DNA of 64,000 nucleotides from Obrimoposthia wandeli (lineage: Eukaryota), in NCBI GenBank assembly GCA_977020255.1, contig CDROCS010002437.1, forward strand, positions 186,001 to 250,000, in the 5' to 3' direction. Shown here piece after piece: positions 27,220-41,700 of this stretch; the stretch's first letter is position 1, and each line of letters opens with the position of its first letter. The notes below the pieces were generated by a model. It made no database searches and was not told the origin of the DNA. It saw nothing but the letters and a program-made list of their open reading frames with translations. The translations under genes were made by a program, and so were the position numbers.

Positions 27220-27730
27220 CATTTAACTTGACTGCAATTACTAAACTCTGATATGAATATTTTCAAAATTCACCACTCTACAACTTCCCCACTAAAAATT
27301 TGAATCGCATCCAAATGATTCTTAACAGAGCTGCGAACTTAGCATTCCAACTACAAAAAATATATCTAATAATACTCCATTGGCTGTCGATGAAGGCTAG
27401 AATTGAATTGAAAATTCTTTCGATTATTCCAAAAAGCATTTTGGATTTGTTCAGAAAATTCTTAAATGAAAATTACAAAATCACAAAATTTATTAACATT
27501 TGAAATAAAGTCCATTTTGATCAACGGTTTGCTGCCATCTTTCAAATTGTCTGATTCCACGAAGATATCAGTCCCTGGAGTTAGACTCGTAAAACTACTG
27601 AGACCCATTTTTGCATCAGCAAGCATGATATCGATCTAAACAGATGGTGATCAGGAGCTAAATCTGGACTATAAACTGAATGGGGTAACAATTAAATGTC
27701 GTCAAAACCTTGTAGCTTTTAAGACGTTTT
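27220..27730 (+). mobile_element. L2/CR1-clade LINE 3' remnant
   Basis: Reads LNRIQMILNRAANL...LHWLSMKARIELKIL, resembling LQRVQNxAARL...LHWLPVxxRIxFKxL. Confidence 0.5.
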
Positions 27731-29195
27731 TTTGAGGTGTGTTTGGTCTCGAGTTATCATGCTGCAGTACTGCTTCTTTCGGTTAACTAAATAGTAAAAT
27801 GTATCTTTTTTAAGGTGGATGCATTCTATCTAATTTTTCCCAATAGAAATAAGATTTTTATGTTTCACCCTCATGATGCTCAAAGTGAATTATTTGTTCG
27901 ATTTTCTAGCAAACACACAGTAGGTGCTTATTGTCGAACCCTCCAACTTTAGGTACAGGTTCTGTGGACTGACCAACATCTAACCGCTGGTTTCTTTTAT
28001 CTGAGTTCCGCAAATAAACCCATTTTCACCACTAGTAATAAGTCGTTTAAAAAATATATCATTCAATGGATATTTCAGCAAACTTTTCACAACTTTCTAT
28101 TCTTTTGATTTTTTGACATTTAGTTTTGTTTACTTTACTTTTTTTCTTAATTCCCATAGCCATATGTGTATGGTATCTTTAGAAAACCCTAAAATTATAA
28201 TAGAAGAAGCCTGGTTAAAAGAATTTTAAACAAAAACGTCAAAATATTTTATATTGGAAATAAATCTAAATAATAATACAGAATAATTTGATGCAGATGA
28301 ATGAGCGAGATAACATAAGAAAACATAAATATTAAATTCAGCCCGTCAAAAATATTTGATTACTGTTTTAAGATAACAAAGACTGTTGTAAACACAAACA
28401 AACTTAACCCTTACATCGAATATAAAAAAGATGACAACAATTTTTCAGCAAGATCGGGGATGTACAAACCGTATTTAGTTGAGCCTTTAGAAATGGTAGG
28501 TCATCATTTTAAATATTGTGATTTCACAGATCTTCCAATGAAGCATTGTACACTCGAGCAATCAACATCAATGGAAATGTACAAATAAAAGTAACAAATA
28601 CTTTTAATGGGGAACGAGAAGAAATGTTCCAAAAATTTCAATTAACGTACGAAAATTTTTGAGTGATCAAAGAAAAATATGAACATCCAAAAATAATTTT
28701 TCGAAATATGTTTATAATAAATCTTTTATTGTTTCCCTATATTTTATTTTATTAAAAGATTATAGCATTTTAAATTTGTCACTTTTTACGGATGCGCGAT
28801 ATTTTTAAAATGCCATCAAAACTTATTTTTAAAGAACTGATAATAGTCAATTTGTACTATTATATTTTTAGTGTTTCTAAGACTTATCAAAATTCGTCAA
28901 AACGAAGGCTTGAAGTTCCCACGTTTTCCCGCTGTTTCGTTTATTTGTCATTTGATTTTATTCGAATACAGCCTATTTTGATGGGTCATCCTCGAGATAA
29001 TGATTAATATTGTTGTTCTTGGGCGAAGCGAAGAAATATCTGTGCAAGATGTACGAAAAAATCGTCTTTGCACATAGTGACACAACCCGATGGGGAGAAG
29101 TGAAAACAGGTGCCTCGACGGGTTGGGTGATATCACGTGCAAGGAAATTTCAAGACACTCCCTACATATTTATTGGTACCACATGGTTGTATAAT

Positions 29196-29300
29196 GAAGA
29201 AGAAGAAGACGACGATGACGACGATGATGGGGATGATGAAGATGATGATGAAGATGATGATGAAGATGATGATGAAGGGGATGGTGATGATGGGGATGAC
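29196..29300. repeat. GAT/GAA/GAC trinucleotide-based tract with a 12-bp GATGATGATGAA unit
   Basis: Directly visible; reads as poly-D/E on the plus strand (ORF 29010-29381) and poly-S on the minus strand. Confidence 0.9.
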
Positions 29301-31504
29301 GCCACAGAAGCTACAGAAGCCACGCCCATTCTCAACAGCTATTCAAATCGCTTGGAGCCGGTCACAGAACGATTGGCCTAATTAGTTTACGGCGCGGGAT
29401 GAACCCCACTCAGACGGATTGTATCGTCACTTCAACATCAATTTGTATCACCCGGCGCCGCTCGCTCCACATCGGATTGCCGTCTTCTCTCTGACCCCAC
29501 AGGAAATCTTTCTCAGTCCGGTGTGAGAACACAAACTCAATCTCTACAACATCAGAACTGCGATTAAGTTATTGAATTTGCCTCCTCTCGCAGCCATACA
29601 CATTGATGACAATTGTTTATTTACACTTCTTGCCGGGAAATTATATTTTCTATTAATGTAATTTGTTGTAAATAGTAGTCCCACTCAGAAATCCACTACA
29701 CCTTCTGTAGATCACTGCTGAGGAGCTAGGCGCATCTCGTCGAAGGGTCCAGAAGGGCAGCTTGTGACTTGGGCAACCGCAATTACATTAAAACATTAAT
29801 TTTGAGACTGTACAAGTTTAATTTCCAGTTGACAATTAAGCTAAGTTGGTACAGTTTCTGCATACTTGATGTATCTAGAATTCTTCCAGTCATTGAAACC
29901 TTCAAAGAGCTGTTCATTTTTCTTTCCTAGAGAAAAAATCACGATAAGAAAAAAGTCCTCTTTGTTTAGAGATGGTAAATAAAGCAGCGAGTCACGCTTA
30001 CAAATTTGCTTGTTTGTTTTGACATAGTTTAACATAGACATTTTCAGGTGTCGACTTTGTTTGTTGTGATCATACGTTGGGACAGCAAATCAGCATCCCG
30101 AGGCTGGCATTCTTCTGATTCCATTTCATGATTTGAATCGATGTTCCATTTTCCAAGCCAATTCGGAGATTGTTCAAACTGAAAATTAACCTAAAATAGT
30201 TCACCTAAAGTTGACTTAGATGGAAGCGCACATAGGGTCTGTTTGTGTCTTCATCTGGGGAGTGTTTGGGTTTTTCAGTAGAATATAAAAATAGAGCAGA
30301 ATTGAGTTCATCTTCAGTTTTCGATTCCACGGAACTGCAGATCGTGTACTTCTGAATCAATTGTACGGCTTATTCTATTCATCTTCGCTCTTCTGTAAAG
30401 ATTCCTTCGATGCCTGTAGCTTGACGCACCAGCTGTAGTACGAAGTTGTTCTCATTCTTAATGAACGTTTCAACTCGAAGGGTTGTACAATGTCAATAGT
30501 AGAATATTGTAGATTAACATATTTACGAGACCTAACGAAATTTTTCCTAATCCATTAAAATCCATTAGTGCTCCTTTTATGATTTGGGATTAAACTACGG
30601 CTTGTGTTTTTACATGCTTCAAATCATCAGTTACTACATTATTTGTATCGAGTCCACCTAATTACCATATTATTTTTGCAATGCTATCGATTTTGTGTCG
30701 GTGCTGTTTGAAGTCACTCAGAATTAGTACGCAGTTAATTAATTTTAGAATATTTTTTATTTGACATGCCCTCTGATGTTCAGTACTGAAAATCCTCCAA
30801 CAAATGCTAAATCCGCCCTCGAAAAACAGTTCAGAGAAAACGTTTTACTGAATAACCGAAAATGGGACTGGATTCGGCATTCATAAATCGCCAGAAAAAA
30901 ATCAGAAAATAGCCAACGGCAAAATATTTAGTTTATCTTCATTAAGCTTCAGCTTCGTTTCAGTCGAGAACTCATTTGCTCGGGGAATATGGCCTCAGTT
31001 CTGTCCTCATGGCCACTGTTATCGTTCAAAAACATAGATTCCCTATCATCAAAATATCGATTGGGAGTTGTGGCTGGCCGGGAGATTTTCTCTGCGTCGT
31101 GGGGCTGATTCCTCAACAATATTCCCCGGATCGATGCTACAGTCAGTTTAGTTATTGTGAGTTACTGCACATATATGCCATTGAATGTTTTATTATTTCT
31201 CAGAACATTATGAACAAAAAATCCCCGAAAATTTGTAGAAATTTCGAAAACCAAAATTATAACAAGAAAAGTTCCCATGGCAATTTTGGATCAAAAGAGT
31301 AAATATGTCTAATTTAATGCCATCAACGCTCAATCTACTAAAGTACCAACATATATTAAGATTTAGAGCTTCGGGAAAAATACATAAGAGAGACGGGGAA
31401 TACTTTTGAAAGCGCTTTGATGGAATAATTATAATGAAGATTCGATCCATCACATCAATGCCGAGTGTAACATTCAATACTTATTACGACAAAAAATGCC
31501 GGGG

Positions 31505-31640
31505 TCTAGTGAACCTTTAATATTAAATCAGAGTCAGTTCAGTGACTTAGTAAGATTTTTGAATCTTTCTAAACGGACAGCTGCAATACTTGGGTCGTGT
31601 TTACAACAATAGAATCTATTAGAAATCAATACAAGCATTT
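31505..31640 (+). mobile_element. Probable Chapaev3-like (CMC superfamily) transposase fragment
   Basis: Reads EPLILNQSQFSDLVRFLNLSKRTAAILGSCLQQ*NLL, resembling QxELNDLVRDLxLSKxxAELLGSRLxxxNLL. Family name assigned from memory. Confidence 0.45.
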
Positions 31641-31656
31641 CATATATTCAAAATTA

Positions 31657-31775
31657 AGATTTTGAATTATTTGGAAGATAAAATTAATTTTTGAAACATT
31701 TATATGTGTAACAAATATTATAACTTTTAAAATAGTTTATTTTATGTTCAAATTCAATCACATTTTAAAATACAA
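31657..31775. repeat. About 120-bp diverged direct repeat (second copy about 33431-33550)
   Basis: Both copies share GAATTATTTGGAA...TAACAAATATTATAACTTTTAAAAT..TTTATTTTATGTTCAAA.TCAATCACA; a second shared block occurs near 32128 and 33636. Confidence 0.75.
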
Positions 31776-34700
31776 AACGTTGTCAAGCATGCCCAGCCCA
31801 CGCTGACCGGAAGTCCCGCAGTGTGTGTGCGAAATGCTAGAAAATAATTGGTTTAGAACATTATATAAAATTATGCTCTAGTTGTATTTGATTTTTAATA
31901 ATTATGTGTTTTATTTACTTATTTTTGATATAACAGTTAATGGGTATTTTTTTACCTGCCTTTTAATACACTTTTAATTGAATTTGTTATTAACCGTTAA
32001 AAAAGCATAAAATTGAAAAAAATACAAACTTAAAAAGAAAGTTAATCAGTTTTTATTACTTATGTTCGCTTTAAGTAGAAGTTTTTAGAAAATAATAAGC
32101 ATAAATTAGTCGTGAATTTAATATTAGTAACTTATAAAATTAAATTGGATGCATAATTATCATAAATTGTAAATCATGAATTAATACCTAATAATTAATT
32201 GTTATAACTAAAAATACTGTTTCAAATAAATGTTAATTTGTATAAAAAAATGTGTTTTTGTCCATATTGATGACTCAAAATTCCGTTGAGATAGAATTTT
32301 AAAATACCAATTTTGATATCTAACATATTTACACTATAAATATGCTATTTCGTTAAAAGTCAAATTCTCTTCTAAAACAAAGATGGAAGGAGATCGAGGG
32401 AAATTCCGGAAGATGGGGGAAGATGGAGGAAGATAGAGGGAAATATATGGATTCACTTTCAAACTATAGGATATTCTAAGCCTACAATCCCAAAAAATAT
32501 GTTTTAATTTGATTTTAACACAATTAAACAAATAGTTTAGAAGAGACATTATTCAGATTGAAAGGAATATACAGATTTGCTTTCTTAATTGAAAAAAGCA
32601 ATTTACCTCATCATTCAGGTCGTTCTTGAACCGCTAATTTCATGCTCTTTCACATCGAAGATGCGCTACTTATTCACTGGAAGTACATCAATTATTCCTG
32701 AACATTACTAATTTACAATAATCAAATTACCGGAGAAATAATGTGAAAATAATGTAATCAGATTATACCTACCTAGTGAGTACTACGATTGTTTAATTAA
32801 TTTAGAAATAATTCCCATGACAATGTTATTTCAATCATTTTAGTATATTCCACGTTTAAATTCTTGTAAAAACCCGATTGCAGAAGATCTCTAAGACTTG
32901 ATGGCGCAGTTAATTGCAGCTTGAACTAGAAATCACATGAACTCCCTATACTTCTAAATAGGAAAATATTTAGCATTATTTAAACCATTTATATTCCTCT
33001 AATTTCTTATCCACAAAATAAACAAAATAGAATAAGAGTAAGAATAACCACTTAAACGCGTTTTACAAATCAGCAACTTTGAGTAGCTAACTGCAGCATC
33101 TTCTAAACAGGAACATTCTAAACAGCGTCAATTTATCGATAATTGTGGGAATTAAATGAGGATTTCAAATGATATAAACAAAAAAATAACTTTAAAAAAT
33201 ATGAAATTTTAAAAAAATTACTGTATATTTCGGTTAATTTTTAAAAAATTTGTCATTTTTTTTGGTCTCTCCCGAAATTTCGATTAATTGTCTTAATAAT
33301 GCCTATTTTCGGTTAAAGGCTATATTTTTAGATTTGTGACCGAAAATCCGGACCCTATTTTTCATTCTTAAATAGTCAAAATTTCAAACAAAACTGGTTT
33401 TGAAAGAATTATTTTAAGTTAATGATTTTATTGATTTGGAATTATTTGGAATATGTAATTGATCTTTGTAACATTTATAAATTTAACAAATATTATAACT
33501 TTTAAAATTATTTATTTTATGTTCAAACTCAATCACAATTTTAAATACATTTGAGCATATAATTTGAAATATTACAAACTCAAAAGTCTTTTTATCAGTT
33601 TTTATAACTATATTTGTCGTCAATTTAAAATTTGTAACTTATAAAATTAAATTGGATGTTTAATTATATAAATTAAAATCAAGAAAAAAAACAGATGAAA
33701 GTGAAGAAGAAATGATTGACGACGTCCTAACAGATGAAGATATGGAAGAAGATTTCCTCGAGTTAAACTGAGCAGATGAAATAAATATTTTACATTAAAT
33801 CTTGTTGTTTTCTCAACTTTTAAAATTATTATTATAATTGGCAAAAAAAACAATTGATCTAGTAAGTAAAATGGACCCCGCCAGCAAATATGTGAAGAAA
33901 CGCTGTTGTGGTAAGACATATCTTCATTATTTATGGGCTAATTAAACAAATAAGATATTCTAATCACGAGATGTAAAATGAAATTGATTTAAAAATGCTA
34001 TTAATGAAACCGGAAGTGAGGCTGAACTCACGCATTTACGTTGCTCCCATTTCACACGAGAAATTGTCGGGGAATTTTCGAATAGTCCGCTTGAAAAGTT
34101 GAATATTAACAAGAAGTAGAAGAAGACTAGAGTGCATAATTGAGTGTGATTCATGAAGAAGAGATTTTGTAGAATTTTAATTTATTGTCGAGAGTGGTTA
34201 AAACTCAAATTTCCCATATGGGAAAAAGTTTTTCGAATTGAACTCCTTTACTCTCTCATTTTCTGCCATCCAAAATCGCATTATTAGGCTCTAATAACAA
34301 AATTAAAAGTAAGGATTTTTTTGAAAAATGTTTTATTTTTTAATATTTTTTGCAAGTTAACCTAAAATTCTAAATTAAACTCTATTTTCTTGACTATAAT
34401 TAAGTACAAGTTAATATTTAATTGGCTGACGATCAATAACAGAATTGAATTCGAAATCCTACATATTAACAGAAAACAGTATTTCACAAAAGCCCAATAT
34501 CATATAGCATCTGTTTGAGTCTGATGCAGTGAGCAAGTATATACATCTTAGAAGCAAGGACGATGACAGCAGATTGGTCAAGATATCCATAGTTTGATGA
34601 TTTAGAAATCTCGTGTAATAAACTGACATTTTTAAATAAGGATTTAAATAAAATATAAATGCATTAAACACAATTTTTAACCCTTAACAATTACATTGAC

Positions 34701-37700
34701 CTCATTAAAATAACATTGGTAAAGAAAATTTTTTAAATGTCGCAATTCATTTAGTAAAAATTTAAGTTATACGATTAGATTTTTTAGATGGATCGTTTAG
34801 TTGCCGAATTTGATAAATTATTCATATTTAAATAACGCCAAGAATAACACAAATAACACAAACCGAAAATAGGCATTATTAAGAAAATTAACCAAAACAT
34901 ATAGTAAATTTTATTAATTAAATTTTTTTTAAGTAAATAGTTTTGTTTATATAATCTGAATGCAGAAATCTTTAAAATCTGAATTGTTAAATGCTATTAA
35001 AGATTATGACTGTTTGAAACATGATTTCGGTAAGATTTACTGTCAGTCATTTATGTAAATATATTTACATATATTTAACCGAAAGTTTAACCAGAATCCG
35101 GATATCCGGACCATAATCATGAGTATATGAAACGTGGTCGTTGTTCAACAAAGTTTGCATTCCTAACATAGAAGTCTCTTGTTACCTTGTTTTAAAGATA
35201 AGGGGTCGGCAAACATCTTTCCGCAATATCAATATCGCTAATTTCAATATTTACCTCCATTTTTTAGAAATTACTATGGCTAATCTTTAACCAAACATCT
35301 TCAACCGTTCAACTTCATAAGCTGTTGTTGATTTTGACAATCCCATCCTCTGGTTTGGACTGTACTTATTTTCCGTTAAATCATGAAAAATTATTACACG
35401 AAAATTAGACTTCATAATTTAGTTATTATCCGTTCTATTTTCACTGAAGAATGTTGATTGTCTCGATATTCTTTCAAGAAAGAAAGCCTAAAAATAGATC
35501 TGACAGTGTTTCATAGGTTACTTTAATGATGCGTTTAAAGTTAACACAATTTGTAGAATTAGTCTATTTACGTGTATCAAGAACTAGAATGAGCGGCTCG
35601 CAGTTCGAAGTTGTGTTTTAATGTTTTATATTTGAATTGTTTTTGTCCTTATCAAAATTTTGCTTGCGTCATTTTTAAATTCTATTCTAAAACATGTTGT
35701 TTCATATTTCAGCAAAGGAATAGCACAAAGTGTGGTCAGTACAATGTGCTCCTTGTTCCCTCAGCTCCTCTTCTGATCAAGTTGTTCAGCGTTCTGGCCG
35801 TGCAACTGATCATAAGATAGCGTAGTGGCCAACCGACAGAGAGCACCTCAATTGCCTGAGACGTAACTTGAAGCACTGTTATCATTTGAACAGCATCTCT
35901 TGTTCACACAGCAATAACTGGTCATGCTAACTTGCAGTCAGTCAAGCGCGGTCATCAGCAGAACAACCCGTGCAATCAGAGACTCGTATCACTCCACCTT
36001 TCTCATCACACCGGCGGCGGTCGTACTACTGTGCCACAACACCCGCGTCGGTGCAGCTGGTTCATGTGAGGGATCGCACCCAACCGTCGATTATTGTGTA
36101 GCAGCGACATATTTCCAATAAAATATGATAGACAGATTTATCGGTTATCAGACGTCCAATTGACAAATGGAACCCACTCCGTACAACCTTCCTAGCGGTA
36201 TCGGTAAAAGTGATTGAAATATTCATTAGATAGCTAAAAGTAATTGCTATTTGCAATTTTTAAAATGTGGGATTTTTTGTTAAAATTTTAACTTGAAAAT
36301 AAACACATAAATACGTACTAAAGTATGTAAATATATTTTAGAATATTGAAGTTGGGGCAACGTTTTGCTCATCGTATGATTCTAGGAACACAATAAAATT
36401 CTGTGATTTCCACCTTGAAATAACTCGCCCTGTATTGCAAACGCATCACTGCTTACAATTCCAGTGTTTACTTTCTCGCATATACCGATTGTAATGTTGA
36501 AGTTCCGAAATGGACAAATGAAATAAATAAAATAAAATTATCAAAAGATTTAGCAACAAACACGAGAGTTGATTAACCTCAGATAACCTGGGCTGACTAT
36601 AATTCTTTTGGGAACTAAACCGTAAGAGTGATCTGGTAAATAAATTGTTAGAATAATTTACCCCAGACCCGCCACGGTCCTGTTATAAAATATGGCGGTG
36701 TATTAAACTGCTTTTGATTTCGGTACAATTTATATTGTAATAACTTTTAGTTGCAAGTTAATTTACGACTTCTGCAGTGTTAATAAATTGTGTTTCGTAC
36801 CATACATTTTATCCAAAACCATTTAACCTTCAGATTTGAGAATATCTTCCACACAAGTCCTATACATCTTAAGAACTCTCAAATTAAAGGCTTCCTTAGA
36901 ATTGAAACAACTCTAGTCCCAAGAGTAAAAACATTATCTCAAAGACAATCCCAAAGATGTTTACAAACATCATTCAACAATTCTTCTTCTTCTCCATCGA
37001 TACCGACAATTATGTATCTAATTATCATTCTCTCTTGGTATCGTTGACGATTTAAAGTTCCCATTTAAATTCTTTCTTGGTTTCCATGTTGTAGTCATTA
37101 TTGTCTCTACAAACTATTTGTTTAGCGAAAATTATGTTCTTTACAGAATCTCAGTGAAACCTTAATCGAAACATATCTTAAAATGTTCGTATATAATTTA
37201 AATTTATGCAACTTTTAAACTTTAAGATAACGAGAATTTCTGAAATTTAATTTTAAGACTGTATCATGTTTAGATCATTCATATGTACTTATTATAAACT
37301 CCAGCTTTAATTAGAAGGCACTATCTCAACTGAGTACCTCATTAATCAAAGGTATCTATTTTTAGGATATGATTTTTATCATTAATAAATGCTAAATATC
37401 TGAAGAAAAATGAGAAATTTTGATGTCAAAACTTTTAAACAATAATTGGATTTATATTTTAAAGTACAAAGTAATAAAAAATCAAATCGTAAACCCTCTG
37501 ATAGTCTGTGTGTATTTAAATAATATGAAATATTTCATTTCAAACACATAACTCTTTGAAATTAAAACTTTTTTTGACAATTTCAAACGCAACATGATTA
37601 CAAGAATCTTCAATAAAGGGAATATTGAGCGGTTTATGAAATAGTTTTTATGAGAAAATAATTTTTTGTAATACAGCTATTAATAATATTTTTTGCAAAA

Positions 37701-37944
37701 GTACATCTTCCTTTTTACGTTTTAACTTCTTAATTTTGTGTTTGAACTTTTTACACATCACTGGCATATTTGAAAATGGAATGAAGAACGTTTTGGAATA
37801 GCCGTTTTTTAAAATTGGGAAATTGCGGACTGCATATTTTTGATAGAGATTGGTGATCTTTCTAATAGACTTTTTTGATTTAAGTAATAAGAAATAAGTA
37901 GGTGGAACAAGTTTTAATCACTTGTTGTACATAATTATCCTACA

Positions 37945-38172
37945 GTCTGGAAGCTCCTTGAGTGCTTACAAGGAGAGTGTGCTGGGTTGTCTGGGATTCT
38001 TCTTCAAGATGAACGTGGTATCAGACCGAGGAAAATAACTAAGAAAGTGTACACTGAACTCCAAACCGGACTTCGTGAATTTTGTGAGGACAGGTCTTCT
38101 ACGCGCAAGTCCAACCCTGATTTCCTTCAGGGTGTTATCCACAACTTGATTGGTGGACAACCAAACATATAA
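37945..38172 (+). mobile_element. Possible MULE-type transposase C-terminal remnant
   Basis: Reads TVWKLLECLQGE...KKVYTELQTGLREFCEDR...DFLQGVIHNL, resembling the HPxIWKFIxxL...Y...C...EFLxxVxHN tail. Confidence 0.4.
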
Positions 38173-38409
38173 GTTTTATTGATGGTTGATTGATGTAAAT
38201 ATTGTTAATAAATAAATTATTGAACTGTGGTATTTTGTTTTGATATTTTCTTATAAAAATATTTAAACAAAATTTTCTGAATTAATACAAACTTTTCTTT
38301 AAATTGACACAGATTTAAATTTTCTGAAAACTAATTATTTCTTATAAATTGATCCAAAAACACTTATTAGAAAGAACACCAGTTTCTAACGAAATTCTGG
38401 ATAGTCCAA

Positions 38410-38703
38410 AACGTCCGTACCTCAAATATAAAGTGTAAGAAAAATCGTTTAACTCATTGGATCAATTAAAAGAAAAAATCTGTATTGAAGAAATGAAACA
38501 ATTGGATTTTGAAAAAGTGAAAAAAAATGTACAGTTAAGACTTCAAGCAATTATTGATTAAAATGGCGGACACATTGAACATTATGATAGACTTATATAA
38601 ATCCCTTTTTGTCTACAATCTATTTATTAATGTTTTTATAATATGTATTATATTTCTTTGTGATTTTAATTTATAATAGTTCGTTTTTCTGTGGGACACT
38701 CTG
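38410..38703 (+). mobile_element. Tc1/mariner-superfamily 3' end with right TIR
   Basis: Reads LKYKV..SLDQLKEKI..RLQAIID*NGGHIEH; ends ...GTGGGACACTCTG|TA. Confidence 0.65.
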
Positions 38704-41700
38704 TATAATAACTTTCATAGTAAAATATTGATAAAGTAAAACTGTACTTAATCAGTGAATAGCATTTTTTAATTCTTTTAATTAGCAATAGAAATGAATT
38801 CTTAACTTTTATATGCTTTCAAAAAAATTTTACTCACTCGAAAATATTCCTTTCATTTCAGTTTTGGAATTTGTTCATGTTCAGTAATTTATTTTTAACT
38901 GTAAAGTTGAAGAAACATTAAGGGTACGTTTATTTTTGCTCATAACAAATGAACTATTTTTCTTATTTTTGAAATATTATTTTTTAGGAATGCATAATTG
39001 CTGACGCCAAAAGTTTATGAAAGATTAAGACTTAATTGGATGTAAGTTTCACACAAATCAAAACTTTTGTCAGCCTTTAGTTCACGTTTTTGTAGATTCG
39101 ATTCGGAATAAAACGAAGAATTTTAAACAGAATAAATTGTTTGTATTATGTTACAAAATGATAAATTAGTCTTTGCTTCACAACAATTTAATATGGGCGT
39201 TCTCAAACTTCTCCTCTATTCCTAATCGAACATTATTTGTCTTATAATTTTTTCCAATTTATTCGTTTCATTAAGTTAGCTTTCTCTCGTAATATGCTTC
39301 AATTAGAGATGAAATTGCTATGTTCTAGTTAAGATTAAATTCTAATTAATGTGTTCAGAATATTCATAATACAAAAATGATGATGATGTTCAACATTTTT
39401 CTAATTATTTCTCAATATAATTTAATTTGAATGTTCAAAACAATATTTATGTTGATATTTCATTATTAGTCGGTTTCCTACAATTAAGATGATAAACATA
39501 AATGGCTCATAATAAAAATATATATTATGAAAATATACTCTGACTTTATCTTATATTTTGGAATATCTATTCCAGGATTTTAATTGATGGTGTATTAGAA
39601 GACTTAAATTTTACACGATATATTAAAAAAATTTAAATTGAATGCAGGACTCGAGTTTTCACTGACAACTTTCTTATATGAAATGGGTCACAAATAAATA
39701 AATATTAATCATATATATTTGAATTTATTATTTGTAATTTACAATAATATTTCTGAAATTTTAAATCTAAAGTCATTCTCATTGTTAGTCTAAATAATTA
39801 AAATGATTAAATTAGATTATATAAACATATTAATATACAATATTACAAATATTAACCATTTAAATGTCATAATTAAATATCAATTAATATAAATTTATGA
39901 AACAAAAATGAATTATTTTCCATCTAAAATAAAATGAAACTGGAAAAACATGTGTGAAATATACAATATATTTGACAGTAAATATAGTATTGTTGGATTT
40001 CAGAAAAGGACGATTGGAATTGGTAAAATTAAATTAACTATAATTATAGTCCGGCCCAAATACAAATAAAGAGCGAAATTAATATATTTTTTAAATTACC
40101 AGAAATGTATCCAAAGAAAAAGAGCTTAATTAACACTAAAATAGAGTTAACTAACTTAAAATGACCCACACTGCTTGTTTGAGTCGAGACACTTGAGATA
40201 TGAGGTTAGAAGAAAGTTAAGGCAGCAATGGGAACGTGATTAAGTAAGTCACAGAAGAAGCACATTTTTGGCCGACGAAATTCCTATAAAAGTAATAGCA
40301 GACTAGAAGAACGACATAATTTACGATAAACCATGACGAAAAACTCATTGAAGCTGACGCAAACGGACAAAGTCAACAAAGACACAACCAACAAATTTTA
40401 AAATTAAAGAAAAACCATAATTGTCTAATTTACCTTCAACTCTTAAAATAAAAAATGTATAATTTCAGAACTTACTTCACATAATTTTTAATTTACACAT
40501 CAATGTTAAATTCACAGACCCGTCATGGTTCTGGCTCTTTTTAATAAATAATCAACCCCGTTTGTGTGACCTACAACGGTGACCAGAAATAGTCCAGGAG
40601 TATGCAGATATTTTGACATCATAATTTATTAATCTGAGATTTTGTAGTCGTATATATTTTAGGTTTTAACTTTGTATTCCAATAATGTATTAAGTTTTAT
40701 TCTAATTTAGACAATAATAAACTGTTTCATTTAAGTTTTGTGGTTAATAAATTGTTCATACTGTTAAGGTCCAGAAATGGAAGATTTTATTATTTAAAAA
40801 AATAAATTGGCTATATTAATAGTTCCAGTCAAGCAAATTTTAGGATCCTTGAGAAATAGATTAAAATTGAAACAGAAAAATTAATGAAAAAACCAAAATT
40901 AATTAACCCCCTTTTAAAAAACGAAGGAGTTAATTAACCTCATATGATATCTAACTATATTAGTAATAGTGTCACAGTAGATTTTCTCAAATCTGAAGGT
41001 AATTTAGGCTGTTTGTCTACGTGCCCTCTCCTCAGTTGGATAACATTGATGCAACTCATTGGTATTTCTTGGGCAATGCTAAAAACTAAGTTGGTACAAC
41101 GTAAGTAGGGCGATATGCGTCTTCTAGAACAAAACCCTCCCCTCAATGAGTCATTTTTCTAGCAATTACCTTTTGTTCCCAGAGAAGAAATACCATGACC
41201 CGTCGATGACATCATCTGATAAGGCTTTGTTTTAGAAGACGCACATCCCTCACTGACGTACTCTACTACGAGTTTTTGAAACATTTAGATAAAAATGTTT
41301 TATTTTTGGGTCTGTTTTAAGGGCCGAGCACATTACCAGGTTACTCAGGAAGATGATATGTGAAATTTAAAGAAGCATATAATCATTACAAACCATGTTC
41401 ATCAATGCTCACCAAGCTCGCAAAATTGACAAAACTGACAAATTGAATATCAAATGTATGACAAAAATCCAAATTATCGTATTTGTTCTATTTCTTTCGC
41501 TTCATCAACATCTTACTTCTTCAACAACAATCAAAAGCCATGCATTTCTTTTATTAATCATTCAACCTAAAAATAATAATAACTTTCAGCCACTTCGAGC
41601 TTTTTTTGGAGGTTGAGGAAAGATTTTGCATAGGCCAGATTGTCATCGCGCAGATAACAAGCTCTGCAAGTCTAACAAATCACCCAAATTTACAAACATC

